DNA of 64,000 nt from Octopus vulgaris (GCA_951406725.2 OX597829.1:19840001-19904000); one strand, 5' to 3'; counted from the first letter of the stretch, positions 39,123-53,615 are shown. The notes: a model not told the origin generated them from the sequence alone. Made by a program: numbers and translations.

Positions 39123-42100
39123 TTCTTACTTCAATATCAACTGATGATATCTCATTGATATCATAAGAATGTTACAAGCTTTTAAGTGAATGTCAACTAA
39201 TTCTTTCTTTGAAATACCTTAAAGCACAAACATAAAGCTATAAGTAATAGCTTGTAAATATCTTGTGTAAAATCTCTTTTCAGAAAAAAAAAGGCTCACA
39301 GACAGCCTTTGACTTTTTCTATCCAAAAGGGTTTTTTTAACTCAGTATTTACATGCTTATCATTACATGCTTTATGTTTGAGCTTTGAGATATTCCAAAA
39401 ACAGAATTAACAGATAATATATTTGAACATTTTTTTTCTTTATTTTCTTCTTTGTTTTTCTCCTTACACGGCATGCTTTTTTTCCTTTCAAATAGTTTTT
39501 TTTTCTGACTTTATTTTTGCTCTGTTTTGCATAACATTTCATACATGTTGGCACGTGCTTGAGCGCATATTGCTTGGCATACACATACTACAGAAACTGA
39601 ATTTTCTCTGGTGATTATTAATTTTTGTCTTGCAGCTTTAGTATTCATATTGAACACACAGTAGCACAATATAACAATATTATATATTTCAACTTTCTAT
39701 AAAGCAATTTTTGTCATGTCTCATTCATAACCTGTAAAATTCACCTGTAGCTGGCGTTCATACCCATTTCACAATTCTTACATGCACCTATTGCAGCTCC
39801 AGTGCAGCTTTGAATTCCATGCCATCTTTAGTTTTGCAGACACCCATATGACTAGTATCATCTCATGATTCACACTTGTATCTGGCTTTACTACGCAACT
39901 CTCAGTTCAGGATATTTAATATTCTCCTTTTGCCAGCTTGCTGTTTGTCATTCAGTTACATTGTTATCTTTCAGTGCAGTGACACATATGAGACAAAGGT
40001 GAGTAGTAACAAACTAATAAAACATCAAGTGCACATTGCAACACATTGCAGAATCAAGATCTCTACATGACGGAGACTATATTTTCTTATTTCTTTATTG
40101 CCCACAAGGGACTACACACAGAGGGAACAAACAAGGACAGACAAACAGATTAAGTTGATTATATCGACCCCAGTGAGTAACTGGTACTTATTTAATCGAC
40201 CCCCAAAAGATAAAAGGCAAAGTCAACCTCGGCGGAATTTGAACTCAGAACGTAGAACTCAGACAAAATACCGCTAAGCATTTCACCCGGCGTGCTAACG
40301 TTTCTGCCAGTTCGCCATCTTCAGGGAGACTATATTTTATGTCAGGGAAAGAGCTCAGCTGAGAATAGAGGAAATAGCATTGGCTTGACTGTGAGAAAAT
40401 CTCTACTGAATATGGTGGAGTCCAGTGCAGGTACAACAGAATTTACTTTCTTTCTTCATTTCATAAATCCAATGTGCCTGTCAATGTTATCAATGTCAAT
40501 AGACCAAATTTCAACTCTACACAAGACAAATAGGCTGAGTTCTTTGAGCAATTTTAGTGCCAGAGTGGATGTTGACTAAGTCTCCTGGCCAGGCTACCTG
40601 AGAAAGTCTTGGATTAGCAGCATAAATGACAATGGGGAACGACTGCCTGATCTTTGTGCACTCTATAGATTGTGTGTTGCCATCATTTACTTCTAGAATA
40701 AACCCCAGTCCAAAACGTCTCTGAGACATGCCTGCTGCAATGATTAACACCAACTAAACCTGATATTTATACAGTGCCGCTACCAGAGAAATGTATTTAT
40801 GACTCAATCCTTTCAGTTGCTAACTGCAACACAGATTACTCTTGGGATGGCTGCAAGTTTAGATTTCAGCCAAAGAAAATGCATTATATGAAGTCTCTAG
40901 GCAAATAGTTCCTCAATACCAGTTTAACACACACCTAGTGACAGAGTTCAAGTTGCTGGAGGATGGTCTCTGTACAAATCCAGCAGAAAGAGGTGCATGA
41001 CTAAAAGTAGACTCTCCCAGAACACCAACCACAACACTGTATTCAAAACTTTTGACAAGAAATGGAGCAAATCACAGGATTTGCTTGAAGTGAACACAAG
41101 GAAGCTCATTGCTGGGGTTTTTTTTTTTTTTTTTTTTTTTTTGAGCCAAAGTATGCTGAGCTACTGGAATGAAAATGCTACTTTTCCTAGGTCACCCAAG
41201 GAGCTCTAAAATCAAGAAGCAAAGCCTGGAAAACAAAAACAATCAGTTGCAATGAATGCTTTTCAAAAGCATTCATTGTTTTTAACACAGGTGTCATCCA
41301 TGAATGTTTTAGAAGATCAAGAAAGCCATTGGCTCAACCATGGGCTAGGCAGCATCACTAAAATGTGTAACAAGAAAGTTCATCAAAGACAGGCAAGAAG
41401 ACAGGTAGTGTGCTACTCTGAGCTCTACTCCACAGGAAACATCTTGGACATTAAACTTAACACTGTAGAATACCTGCTTATTTTGATGGAACTGAATAAC
41501 AGAGTAAAACTGTTGACAGTCTTCTTGGCATGAAAGGATAGCATTCCAGTGGCTACGAAGACAACAAAAGACAGTCTTATTGTACAGGTTTAGGAAAAAA
41601 AGAGAATATCATAGGACATGAGCGGCTGCAACATTCAGTTTCCGTCTACCGAATCTACTCACAAGGCTTTGGTCGGCCCGAGGCTATAGTAGAAGACACT
41701 TGCCCAAGGTGCCACTCAGTGGGACTGAACCCAGAACCATGTGGTTGGTAAGCGAGCTATTTACCACACAGCCACATACATACACACACAAAAGTTTACT
41801 ATGGTATATATCCAAAGACTTTAGATGTCATTGCACACTCATAAATTACTTCAATTTATCAGATACGTATGACTGTTGCAAACATTTATGTTTACACAAA
41901 TACATCATGGACAAGTAATGACAGCACAAATGGACAACCTTTGAAGAATCATTATGTTCTCATCAGCTGCTGCTAACCTTATATTAACTACAGCTGCGAA
42001 ATTGTATTTAAAGCCTTTGTTATCATCCTTATAACTTAATCAGATTATAACAATTGTTTTTTGTTTGACACATTTTTAGTTGTGACATCGATCCCTCTTT

Positions 42101-42546
42101 TCCAATCCAATTAAAGGTTAATAGAAACATAAACACTTTCAAGTATCTTCTGTAACTCCATAGAAAAGTCTTCTATGAAAATCAAATACTACTGCCACAT
42201 AAGAAATTTTTGTAACAGGACTAACATACAACATACAATATGGCTATGTGCATGGATTTAACATCCTTATACTACAATTTTCCTTAGGCAGATCTCATTA
42301 AAAGGACATAAATTATGCAAGTAATTTAATGCTATTAAAAATGTTATATTTCCAGTTCTTCTGATCAAGGGGAAGTTTTATATTGGTAAACCTAGGAATA
42401 ATGATCACTATTGATGATTATTTTTTTTATATACAGGTGTGGCCATGTGGTAAGAAGTTTGCTTCTCAACCACATGGTTCAGGGTTCAGTCCCACTGTGT
42501 GGCACCATGGACAAGATGAAAGTCAGAAACTGATAGAAGCCCGTTG

Positions 42547-42624
<78 letters not shown>

Positions 42625-42970
42625 TGTATTTGTTATTTGTGTCTGTGTTTGTCCCTCCACCATCGTTTGACAACCGATGTTGGTGTGTTTGTGTCCCTGT
42701 CACTTAGTGGTTCGGCAAAAAGAATCAAATAGAACAAGTACTAGGCTTACAAAGAATAAGTTCTGGAGGTGATTTGCTCAACTAAAGGCAGTGTTCCAGT
42801 ATGGCCACAGTCTGAAACAAGTAAAAGAATATATATACAGTGGGCTTCTTTTAGTTTCCATCTACCAAATCCATTCACAAGGATTTGGTTGGTTCAAGGC
42901 TAAAGAAGAAAATGCTTGCTCAAGGTGCCATAAAATGGGACTGAACCTGGAGTCATGTGACTGGGACGTA

Positions 42971-44224
42971 CGAGGGGCGTTCAATAAGTAATGCCCCTGA
43001 CCCACTCGCATTTGTTTGATCTAGCTGAAATGTTGCATGTGCACTTATTTATACCTCTATAGATTAAGTGGCGAATTACAGCTCTGAACTAATTGTGGTT
43101 TCTGATTTACAGGTGTTTGAACTGAGTCAAGTGTGAAATGGAGCCTGTTGAGTGTCGAGCAGTGATCTGGTTTTTGTATTTGAAAGGACGCACACCACGG
43201 GAGACTTTTGATGAAATGAAAGTAACTTATGGTGATGATGCCCCATCATATGACCTTGTAAAACGCTGGCATTGGGAATTCAAACATTGTCGGAACTCTG
43301 TGGAAACAGCTCCCCCTTCTGCCCCCTTCTGGTCGCCCCCTTCTGCCGTTGATGAGACGTCTGTCCGTCAAGTTGAGGCTGCCATTTTGAAAGGTCAACG
43401 CATAACTATTCGCCAAATAGCCCATAAGGTTAAGATTAGTACCGGGTCTGTGGAAACTATCATTCATGACCATTTGCGTATGCAAAAGGTGTCTGCCAGA
43501 TGGATTTCCAGGTTGCTTTCCAGAAGCAAGAACGCGTTGAGTGCTCGAGGATGAATTTGGAGATGTGCCAAGAAGATGAGTCAAAATTTTTCAAAAGACT
43601 GATCACACAGGATAAAACCTGGGTCCATCACTATGATCCATAGACCAAAGCGCAGTCAATGCAGTGGAAGCACCGTGACTCACCCCCTCAAAAGAAGGCA
43701 AGGGTGCAGCCCTCCGCTGACAAGGTTATGCTCACAGTCTTCTGGGACCAGGACGGAGTAGTGATGACAGATTTCCTGGCAAAGGGTACCACAATTACAG
43801 GAGCCTATTATGCTTCACTTTTGAGGAAATTAAGAGAAGCTATCAAAATCAAGAGGCGGGGCAAGATCAGCAAAGGCATCCTCCTCCTGCAAAACAACAC
43901 TCCTGTCCACAACTCGCGTGTCGCCAGATCAGAAGCACAGGCGTGCAGCTATGAACTCCTCCCCTTGCACCCTCTGATTTTCACCTCTTCCCAGCCATGA
44001 CGTTGATTTTGAAAGGAAAGCGTTTCCCAGATGATGCAGCCTTGATTTCTGAAGTCACGTCGTGGTTGGAGGACCAAGCTGGGGTCTTCTACAAAAGCGG
44101 TCTCCAGAGCTGTATCAAACTCTGGGTAGTTCCTATGTAGGAAAAGACTAATAACTGTGCCAAGTGTCGTTGCTCTTCTGCTATGGGAAGTGGGTTAGGG
44201 GCGTTACTTATTGAACACCCCTCG
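42971..44224 (+). mobile_element. Full-length mariner element (1254 bp) with a disrupted transposase
   Basis: TIRs CGAGGGGCGTTCAATAAGTAATGCCCCTGACCCACT / AGTGGGTTAGGGGCGTTACTTATTGAACACCCCTCG; TA TSDs at 42969 and 44225; ORFs 43138-43554 and 43659-44000 (WISR, DKTWVHHYDP*, KVMLTVFWD); frameshifts; inserted in a SINE. Confidence 0.95.
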
Positions 44225-44693
44225 TAAGCTTCTCACCACTCAGCCACACTTGCACCTATATCTCAGATATTTTCTTCTATTTATTGTTCACTAATCTGTC
44301 CATTAACTTCTTCCTTTAGAATATTTAGCAGTGTTTTGATTATGTTTTTACCTCCACCAAGGAAGTAGGTTATGTTTTCATCGGCATTGGTTTGTCCGTT
44401 TGTCTATCTGTGTGCAAAATAACTCAAAAAGTTGTTAACGGTATTTGATGAAACTTGCAGGAAAAGTTGGTAATGACACAAGGAACAGAGACTTATTTAC
44501 TTTTACTTGTTTCTGTCATTTGTCTGTGGCCATGCCGGAGCACTGCCTTTAGTCGGGCAAATCGACCCCCGGACTTATTCTTTGTAAGCCTAGTACTTAT
44601 TCTATCGGTCACTTTTGCCGAACCGCTAAGTTATGGAGACATAAACACACCAGCATCGGTTGTCAAGCGATGTTGGGGGGACAAACACAGGTG

Positions 44694-44728
<35 letters not shown>

Positions 44729-45094
44729 GCGCATACATAGATTACAGGCTTCTTTCAGTTTCTGTCTACCAAATCCACTCACAAGGCTTTGGTCTGCCTG
44801 AGGCTATAGTAGAAGACACTTGCCCAAGGTGCCACGCAGTGGTAGATGATGAAATTTTGGTAGTGATCCAGGAATTTAATGGATTCTTGAAGGATTTTTC
44901 ATTTGTTATATTTACTTTACATGAAGTATTACAATGTTACGTTCTTTGATTATCTCCCTTGAAAACACGTTCATCGTTTTCATGTAACCTATGGTGGCGT
45001 TGCTGTTTCAAAAGTTTATTTTTCGTTTCTCTATTAGTCATTTTACTCGTGTATCTATCTTAAAATGAGCTGCTTGGCGGAAGTCTGCGGAGGA

Positions 45095-45580
45095 TGACAT
45101 GACAAGCCTTGACTATTGGGATCAACTCAAAAAGCTCAGGCTTTGCTCCCTCCACCACCACTGTGAGCTCTATATCATCTGTATTATGTGGAAAATATTC
45201 CATCAACATTACCCATCTTTAAAATTCGTCCGAGGCTTGGCCCCCATACCATCCATCCACTACAGAAATGTTCGTGTCATCTCACAACACTATGACAGAA
45301 CTACTTCACCTCAATTGGCCCTGTTCTCTTCAACATCGTGCCAGACACACATAAAGGAGGAAAGTGACTACACAGTATCCAAACGATCCCTAGATGATTA
45401 CCCACAACAAATACCAGATAAACCACCGACACTCTGATATGTCTCTGAAAACAATAACTCTCTGCTTGAATGGGCTACGCTTCCCCAGAGCTGACTGTGT
45501 ATCACTTCCAGGTGGTGCTATTAAATTAGACATAGCCTGAGTCAACTTTGGCCGAAACTTATCTAAGTAATCTAATCTGT
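45095..45580 (+). pseudogene. Decayed CR1/L2-group LINE 3' fragment
   Basis: LDYWDQLKKLRLCSL...YIICIMWKI resembles the L.YWERL..L.LYSL.RRRERY motif; ...LDDY..QIPDKP. Confidence 0.65.
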
Positions 45581-45954
45581 GCTGTAACCTTTTAATCAAA
45601 GCATGACAACATAGGTAGAGGCTGATATCTTAACAATTCTGATGGTCTTAAGTATTAAAAAAAATATTAGAGATTTATATAGAACTACATTCAGAGTATA
45701 TCTATAAGCTATTGTGTTTAGTTAGACCTGGTTTTAATAAAGCAATCCGAAATTAGAAAAATCAAAAATCTGCAACAATCTCGGTCCCATGAGTATCGGA
45801 TAATGGATTTTCAACTGTGTAGAGAAACTGATTGTGGTGATCGTAGTTTTGACGGTAATTGTGGTGAAGACAGAGACAGTGTTGATGATGATGATGGTCG
45901 AGATAAGTATGGGAGGAGGATAAAATAGTATCAGTATGGCTGTGTTTTTTTTTT

Positions 45955-46085
45955 TAACCCCGCCAAGGAGGTTATGTTTTTGCTGGTGTTGGTTTAGGAA
46001 ATTGGGCAATTTTCAGCATGTGTGTATATGAGCTGAAATGAGCTGCTTGGCGATGGTCTGCGCTCTCCGAGTGCTTTTCTAGTTT
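45955..46085 (+). mobile_element. Short Helentron/DINE-like non-autonomous element; a longer interrupted relative spans ~44348-45090
   Basis: Subterminal inverted repeats CCGCCAAG...CTTGGCG; 3' hairpin GCGCTCtccGAGTGC then CTAG-TTT; the longer copy has the GTCC/GTCT microsatellite and the aactcaaaaagtt core. Confidence 0.6.
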
Positions 46086-46715
46086 ATATATTTTTTTCTT
46101 GTATTGCTTAATCTGCCATTATAAATGTGTGTATTAGCAATTTTGGATGTGAAAATATGTTTATAAATAAAATTTTTAAAGTTTGTGAAATGAGCCTCTT
46201 TTTAACTGTTGTCTACCTGCCAAATATTGAGAGCAGATTATTTTTTAGGCAGTTTTAGTTCTTTTTAACAGTAACCCAATGAAAACTTTATTTGGTAATA
46301 CTTAAATAGATTGTATTTTGAAGAAGGAATCAAAAAGACATTTCACACCAGGAGAATTAAAAAATATAATCTTTTCCTCTCTAGGCATAAGGCCCAAAAC
46401 TTGGGGGGGGGGGGGAAGACTTCTGCCCGTCCTCTCCCCCCACAAAAACCACCCTTAAAAATTTTTTTCAGCACAAACACCCCTTTTCCGCTACGGGGAA
46501 TATGAATCTGCAAAAAAATTGGCAAAAATCGACATTACTAATTACTCATTTATTTGATCCCTGTTTGTCGAATGGTTAAGAACTTCAATCACAAGATTAC
46601 TGTATGCCATGAAATTATTTCTCTGTCTACTGATAAGTTTTACTTTAATTGTATATTTTCCAGGTTAAATACATTTTATTGTGATTTCTGAGGAAAGAAA
46701 ATAAAAAGAGAGAAG

Positions 46716-46761
46716 ATGAGAGCAATATATATATTGCTGGCACTATGTTTTATTTTATCAG
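46716..46761 (+). CDS. First coding exon (signal peptide) of a secreted orphan protein; full exon 46664-46761
   Basis: Acceptor tattttccag ends at 46663; gaagATG with A at -3; encodes MRAIYILLALCFILS plus 1 nt; donor TCAG|GTAATA (phase 1), which matches the phase of the acceptor at 53615. Confidence 0.8.
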
Positions 46762-46918
46762 GTAATACCCTTTTTATTCACTTAAATTTTTTTCCTTTCA
46801 CTGCTCACTGGATCACCTATAACCCTTGAAGTAGAAAAGAAAGGGGATTTTCAAAGATTAAGAGCAAGAAATTGTCTAATGTTTTTCCTCACACACACAC
46901 ACGTGCACACATACACGT

Positions 46919-46992
<74 letters not shown>

Positions 46993-48494
46993 TAAATAAC
47001 ATATACCAAAGAGTGTAGTTAGAAAATCATTTTCGTTCATTGTTTGCAATTGTTTCATCATTGGTCACTGTAACCAATCTTGCATCAAGTCATAACCATG
47101 TCAGTTACCCGACATCTACATGATAACATGAAATAAGTATAGTGAGTTTTTCACAAACCCCCATCAGCTCTAGTCTTTGCTGCAGTATGGTAGCTTTTGT
47201 ACCTTAATGACCCTGAGAACTGCACCAGCAGAGCACACGTCCCTGACAGAGCTTCTAGTGCTGGACAGGCCAAAGGATAGAGACCAGACTAATACAGACC
47301 ACCTCTTCCCAGAGATAAAAATGGGTTTTTGTACAGCCAACATTCCTACTTGGATAAAAAAGCAAAGTTACAGAAGCATCAATGACAATTTAATATCAAG
47401 ACCTGGAAGAGGAAGGCCTTTAGGAAACATATGCTTGATGCACAAGAGGGGACAGAACCCACAAGGGAGATGGAAGAGAGACTGAAAAAGCAGGGATCCA
47501 ACTGGAAAGGAACTGAAAAGATAGCTCTGAGTCAAGAACAGTGAAGGAAAAACATCAATAACCTATGCTTCATGGGAAGTTAAAAGCTTAAGAATAAGAT
47601 TTTCACAACAAATCAGTTTGAAGTGAGAACTGAAGTTAAGCAGATGTGTGTTATAGTCACTACTCTCTTTTCTATTTTCCTCATAGCTATGCATAAACTT
47701 GAGACCAAGTTTGAGTGTAAACTCTTTCCTGATGTCCATATTTCATATTGCACAGACAGATGGCAAACCACTCAACTTCGTCAGACTCTAAGCCAGAACA
47801 AAGATTATTTGGATTTTAATACACAGATAATACCAGAGTTAGTCAGATTTTAGCAAAAGAACTACAACCAATTACCGACATTTTTGTTGATGCAAGGGTC
47901 TGGTTACCTCTCAACATTAGTAGAACAATACTCTTGGATCAGCAGTAAGATAATAATCAGGAACTTAGTCCAACCACCCAGATATATGAACAAATAGTGA
48001 AAAATGTGAAGCATCCTCAATGACTAGGTTGTCTTTTATCATAGAATGTGGATATTGATGAATAAGATCACACAGTGGTTAAAATGTATCAGTGTAATCT
48101 TTAATCATCTGAAAAGCCAAATATACGATGGTGATGTGAAATAAACAACCAAACTTATGGTATATAAGACAGTTGTATTTTACCTGTTCTTCTAGATGGC
48201 TCTAAAACCTACACATATTGTCAAGAATTTTTGTTGATGCATGAGTGTGGCTACCTCTCAACATTAGTAGAACAATATTCTTATATTAGCAGTCAGATAA
48301 TGATCAGGAACTCAGGCCAGCCTTCAAGTCTGACAAGTCATTTATACCACTAAAAACCTTATAGGTGTGAAACCAATGGTCACTCTCTGACCAACCATAA
48401 CCAACAATCTTTTAAGTATTACTGCTCCAAATTTTAGACAATGATTTTTTTCAGATTTGTGAACTATTAAACAATTACATATATATTTATATAT

Positions 48495-48965
48495 ATCATT
48501 GTCATCACCATTTAATGTCCATTTTCCATGTTGGCATGAGTTGGATGGTTTGACAGGAGATGCCCAGGCTCCACTTCTGGTTTGGCATGGTTTCTGTGGC
48601 TGGATGCCCTTCCTAACACCAACCACTTTACAGAGTGTACTGGGTGCTTTTACACAGTTCTGGCACTGGTGTATTTACATAGCACCAGTACAAGTGCTTT
48701 TTATGTGGCACCAGCACCCCCAAGCCCACAAGATTAAGAATACTCAACCGGAAAGAGATGCAGGAGACAGACTTGTATGCAAGAACAACCATGCTTTTAC
48801 TTGGTTGGGCATGTTTTGTTAAGTACAGTAAAGCGTCAGGTGTCTCAGTACCTTGTCATCCCACCACGTGAGCCCCAACATCTGTAGATCCTTTCTCACC
48901 ATTTCATCCCATATTTTCCTGGGTCTACTCCTTCCACATGTTCCCTCTACAATTAGAGATCAGCA
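48495..48965 (-). mobile_element. RTE 3'-end fragment; similar 3' UTR/tail pieces at 9560-9960, 11875-11945, 32300-32635, 50650-51078 and 62570-62905
   Basis: Shared motif tggatgcc(c)ttcctaa.gccaaccact and (GAT)n/(CAT)n tails match 2980-3143. Confidence 0.75.
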
Positions 48966-49381
48966 GTGGATCTCAAAGCACATTAAGCTATGAATACTAG
49001 CGTGTAAATATTGGCTTGAAAAACCCTTTTGAATAGAAAATGCGGCATAAACTGGAAATAAAGATGTCTGACAAAAATCAGGTACATCCAGTGGTAGAAC
49101 ATCTGAAGCATTCTTGAGCCTACCAATATATTCTCATTCTGCATTAAAATCATTTTAATAATTATAAATATGTGTTTAATATTGTATGATAATTTGTATT
49201 AGTTAAACAAAAATAATAAAATAAGTAAAATTCTGAAATAATTGATATTTACATACAAAGCATTTCGTATTTACAAAGAATGCTCATGAGCAAAAATGCC
49301 ATGAGATAAAGCACATGAATGAAGTCAAAAATATCTAAATAAAAGATTGTTCATGAGAATAATTAACACATTCATGTAAAG

Positions 49382-50147
49382 CAGTGGTTCTTAACTGGGG
49401 TCCATATAAGATTTTGTGGGAGTCCATGCAACAAAATAGTAAATTGGAGATCCACAATAGTATTTTTTTAAAATTAGCTTTAGATGTATGTATTGGTATG
49501 TATTGCAAGGAACATCTAGGTTTCTTTCTCTAGCATTTGACATACTTCAATCTATACAAGTTAATGTGTGATAAACAAAATAGGAATTTTGAAAGAAATT
49601 TCTATAAAACTAGTTCTTAAACATTGGATGGCTATGGGGGTTCACCAAAATAAAATAATATCCATAGATGAAAAATGGCAGACATTCCTGGCATTATATG
49701 TATTTAATGCTATGTATTATTGCAAGAAACAGCTAGGTTTCTTTCTCTAACATTTTACAAAGTTTAACCTATGCAAGTTGATGTGTGAAAAACAAAATAG
49801 GAATTTTAAAAGAAATTTCTATAAAACTAGTTTTTAAACATCAGATGGCTATGGGGTCCACCATAATAGAATAGTAATCAACGGAGTTCATAAATAAAAA
49901 ATAGTTGAGAGCCCCTGCTTTAGATGTATGTATTGGAGTATGTATTACAAGAAACAGTTAGGTTTCGTTCTCTAACATTTTACAAAGTTTAACCTACACA
50001 ACTTAATGTGTGAAAAACAAAATAGGAATTTTAAAAGAAGTGTATTTCTATCAAACTAGTTTTTAAACATTGAATGGCTATGGGAATACATCAGAATAAA
50101 ATAATAATCAAAGGGGTCCATAGATAAAAAATGGTTGAGAACCCCTG
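49382..50147 (+). mobile_element. hAT-like MITE with a ~215-bp internal unit repeated three times; partial copy at ~58035-58260 (-)
   Basis: Ends CAGTGGTTCTTAAC / GTTGAGAACCCCTG; the block gcaagaaacagctaggttt...aaacaaaataggaatttt...tggctatggg occurs three times. Confidence 0.75.
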
Positions 50148-50366
50148 ATATAAAACATAACCCATAAAATCCATAGAGACATTATTTTAATAGTGTTAAT
50201 ATGAATGAATAAGTATCAATCTGAAAAGGACAAACCTTGCCATTCATTCTTTTCAGGTTAATAAAATGAGTATCAACTGAGCACTGGGGCCAATGTAATC
50301 GACTAGCCCTATCCCACAAAAACTTCAAGACTATAGTAGAAAGAAGAATTATGAATGACTGAATGG

Positions 50367-50404
<38 letters not shown>

Positions 50405-51573
50405 ACATGTTTCTCAGTCATTATATATTTGTAGGAGTTTATAACTTCATTTGTCTTGTATTCATTACATTAATATCTGCCTCTTGTTAAAAGCAGAATA
50501 AAGACCCTTTTATATTAATGAAAGGGCTATAAATCAACTTTGAAATGCTCAAACTTACTAAAACTAACCATTCCAAACACCTGAAAATAGCTGATCTCAG
50601 CAACTAGACCCAATGAAATTTCAGAGTTTGGTAGCATTGTATTTGTAGCTGATGCTGGTGTCACGTAACTGGCACCTATGCTGGTGACATGTACAGAGTG
50701 TCTTTTGAGTGTTGGGCCTCATGGAGGCAAGGTGGCTGATGCTGGTGGCACATGAAAAACACCTTTTGAGCCTCACGGAAGGCAATGACCAAGACCTTTG
50801 GCATTATGTTGTGCTGGAGAAACAGATCCATCAAGCCAAATAAAAGCACAGTTGTGGCAGATACCACGCAAATGGCACCTGTCCTGGTGGTGCATAAAAC
50901 CACCCATTACACTCTCGGAGTGGTTAATGTTAGAAAGGGCATCCAGCTGTAGAAACCATGCCAAATCAGACTGGAGTCTGGTGCAGCTTTCCAATTTGCC
51001 AGCCCTGGTCAAACCGTCCAGCCCATGCCAACATGGACAACAGATGCTAAATGATGATGATGATTATGATGATGATGTTTAAGCCAAACAATCAAGAGAA
51101 TATTTTGGTCTTTTTGTACAAGATACAGGCATTTGAATAAGTGGAGACAAAATTGAATAGTTAAGAAGCTCATCTTGTAACCACATGGTTTTGGGTTCAG
51201 TCTCACTGCACAGTACCTTGGGCAAGTATCTTCTGCTATGCCTTGAATTTTATAAAAGGGACTATGTGAAAGCCTGCAATATGTGCGTGTGAGTGAGTGT
51301 CTGTGTGCATGTTTTTGTGTTTGTTTACACCTCTCCATCACATCCTCACTTGATAACCATCGTTGGCTTGTTTAAATCCTCATAACTTAGCAGTTCAGCA
51401 GGAAAGACTGCTAGAATAAAATACCAAACTTAAAAAATAAATACTGGGGGACTAATTCGTTTGATTAAACCCTTGAAGGTGATGGTGATGTTCCATCAAA
51501 CTGTGTAGGGAAAAAAACAAGTATTGATTGGATCAAATCATTATCAAAAGGCATATCAGAAAAATTGTTGATA

Positions 51574-51975
51574 GGCGCAGGAGTGGCTGTGTGGGAAGTA
51601 GCTTGCTTACTAACCACATGGTTCCGGGTTCAATCCCACTGCGTGGCACCTTGGGCAAGTGTCTTCTGCTATAGCCTCGGGCCGACCAAAGCCTTGTAAG
51701 TGGATTTGGTAGACGGAAACTGAAAGACGCCTGTCGTGTATATGTATATATGTGTGTGTTTGTGTGTCTGTGTTTGTCCCCCTAACATTGCTTGACAACC
51801 GATGCTGGTGTGTTTATGTCCCCGTCACTTAGCGGTTCGGCAAAAGAGACCGATAGAATAAGTACTGGGCTTACAAAGAATAAGTCCCGGGGTCGGGTTG
51901 CTCGATTAAAGGCGGTGCACCAGCATGGCCGCAGTCAAATGACTGAAACAAGTAAAAGAGTAAAAGAGTAAAGAG
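51574..51975 (+). mobile_element. Full-length tRNA-derived CORE-like SINE (best copy of the dominant SINE family)
   Basis: A-box TGGCTGTGTGG, B-box GGTTCAATCCC, CCTTGGGCAAG core, internal (TA/TG)n and a (AGTAAAAG)n tail. Other copies at ~3215, 8150, 11340, 15350, 20885, 22890, 31845, 33360, 41625, 42430, 42840, 44495, 51130 and 60805. Confidence 0.9.
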
Positions 51976-52154
51976 AAGTTGCACTCTTCACTATCATTAC
52001 ATGACTTCGGTTTTGATGAGTCATCTATGTCATGAGGGTGGCAGATGAACCAGCAGCTGTCCAAAAACTGTTGCACAGACAACTGTTACATTCACAACTG
52101 ATTGAAGTAAAGTACACATGAGAAGTACACAAAAGAAGTAGTTCAAAAATGTAT

Positions 52155-52382
52155 TTAACCCTTTCGTTACCAACCTGGCTGAAACTGGCTCTGGCTCTGA
52201 GTACAAATGTCTTGTTTTCATAAGTTTTGAATAAAGATCTACCACCAAACCTTAGTAGCAATTTATGTTCCTAACACTAGCTTAATGATAGCTAAGTTAT
52301 TTTACTAAATTCTTTGTTATATTTAAAGTAATTGAAAGAAACACAGAGCATCTCAAAATAAATACAGTAATGAAAGAGTTAA
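52155..52382. mobile_element. piggyBac-type MITE, second copy
   Basis: TTAA-CCCTTTCGTTAC...GTAATGAAAGAG-TTAA. Confidence 0.85.
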
Positions 52383-52943
52383 TGGAAACTTGGAAAAGCA
52401 GGCATCTCTGTCAAACACTCTTCATAGATGCCAGGTCACCAAGAATGTAATTGTAGTTATCTTTGAAGTCCATGGAATAAATAACAGAAGAAAATAATGG
52501 TTGGAATGAATCATTCTCGATCTTGAGGGATTGCCACTAATTTGTGAATGTGTATTGACGCTCAAATTGTTTACATTGACACTGTTATAAAAACAGTTGT
52601 TGTTTTTGAGTTACATCTCTTTATTCTCATAGCATAGGGATTTGACAAAAATGGATCAATGAAATAGATTCCAGACTGAGGTAGTGAAGTAAAGTTGATA
52701 TGATCAACTGAAGCTCTTAAAGGCAATACCACAGCAGGGTTGCTGTCCAAGGAATGAAACGAGCAAGTATAAATAGAATAGGTGTTGATGTACTGAAGGA
52801 CTTAAATAATAAATTAATAATGAGTTGATGAAATGAAATGTCTCTCTTGGTTAGAGAAACAAAAATAAAAACATGGCAGTAACAGTTGGTGACACACACA
52901 AGAAAAGGGTGATAATTTCAAGAAGTTGAGAAGGTGAATGTTT

Positions 52944-53187
52944 TTAACTCTTTAGCATTTAAATTGGTCATATCCAGCCAAAATCTTCAACCTGTTTTGT
53001 GCTCCAACTGACCAGATTCAGCCTCTCACACCAACCCTACAATGTCATTCTAAAACTAAACCATCACATCATTGAAATCTCAAAGCTATGGGATAATGCA
53101 TGATTAATTCAAATCAAGTGAATAAATAAGCATTAGAGTGATTTGATAGAGTGATTTGATAGAGTGATTTGAATGCTAAAGGGCTGA
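52944..53187. mobile_element. Second piggyBac-type MITE family
   Basis: TTAA-CTCTTTAGCATT...AATGCTAAAGGG; internal 13-bp tandem TAGAGTGATTTGA x3. Confidence 0.65.
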
Positions 53188-53615
53188 TTTTTCTAATGAT
53201 GAAATGGAAAAGCTGATCTGTTTTGGTGGGATGGTTAGAGCTAAAATTACCACTAGTGCTGTTTTAGTAATTTGTTTTATGTTTTTAATTTCCCCACCCC
53301 TCACCCCTCAACAAAAAGTTCATCAGAAATGTTTTTCATATGCCATTCAGTAAAACAACATCAATTTGATCTGTCTTCATTCATGCCATTAGCTTATTTG
53401 AGTTGTATCCCTTAGCTCCATACTGCTTAGTATAAAAGTACAGTGTTTAAAGAAACAAATTCTCAATAATGAACAAGTTCCTATTTTAGAAGCAAGTTAT
53501 TCAAGGCAAACTGAATGTAGAAAATTATATTTCGCTGATGTCATGAAATAATTGCATGTAACTTCTTCTTAATTCTTTTTTTCTTTTTACTTATCATTTC
53601 CATGCTGTTTTTCAG

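Noticed and set aside
49480-50147. CRISPR-like or other prokaryotic repeat array
   Set aside because: Eukaryotic context; the units are long tandem MITE segments with no unique spacers.
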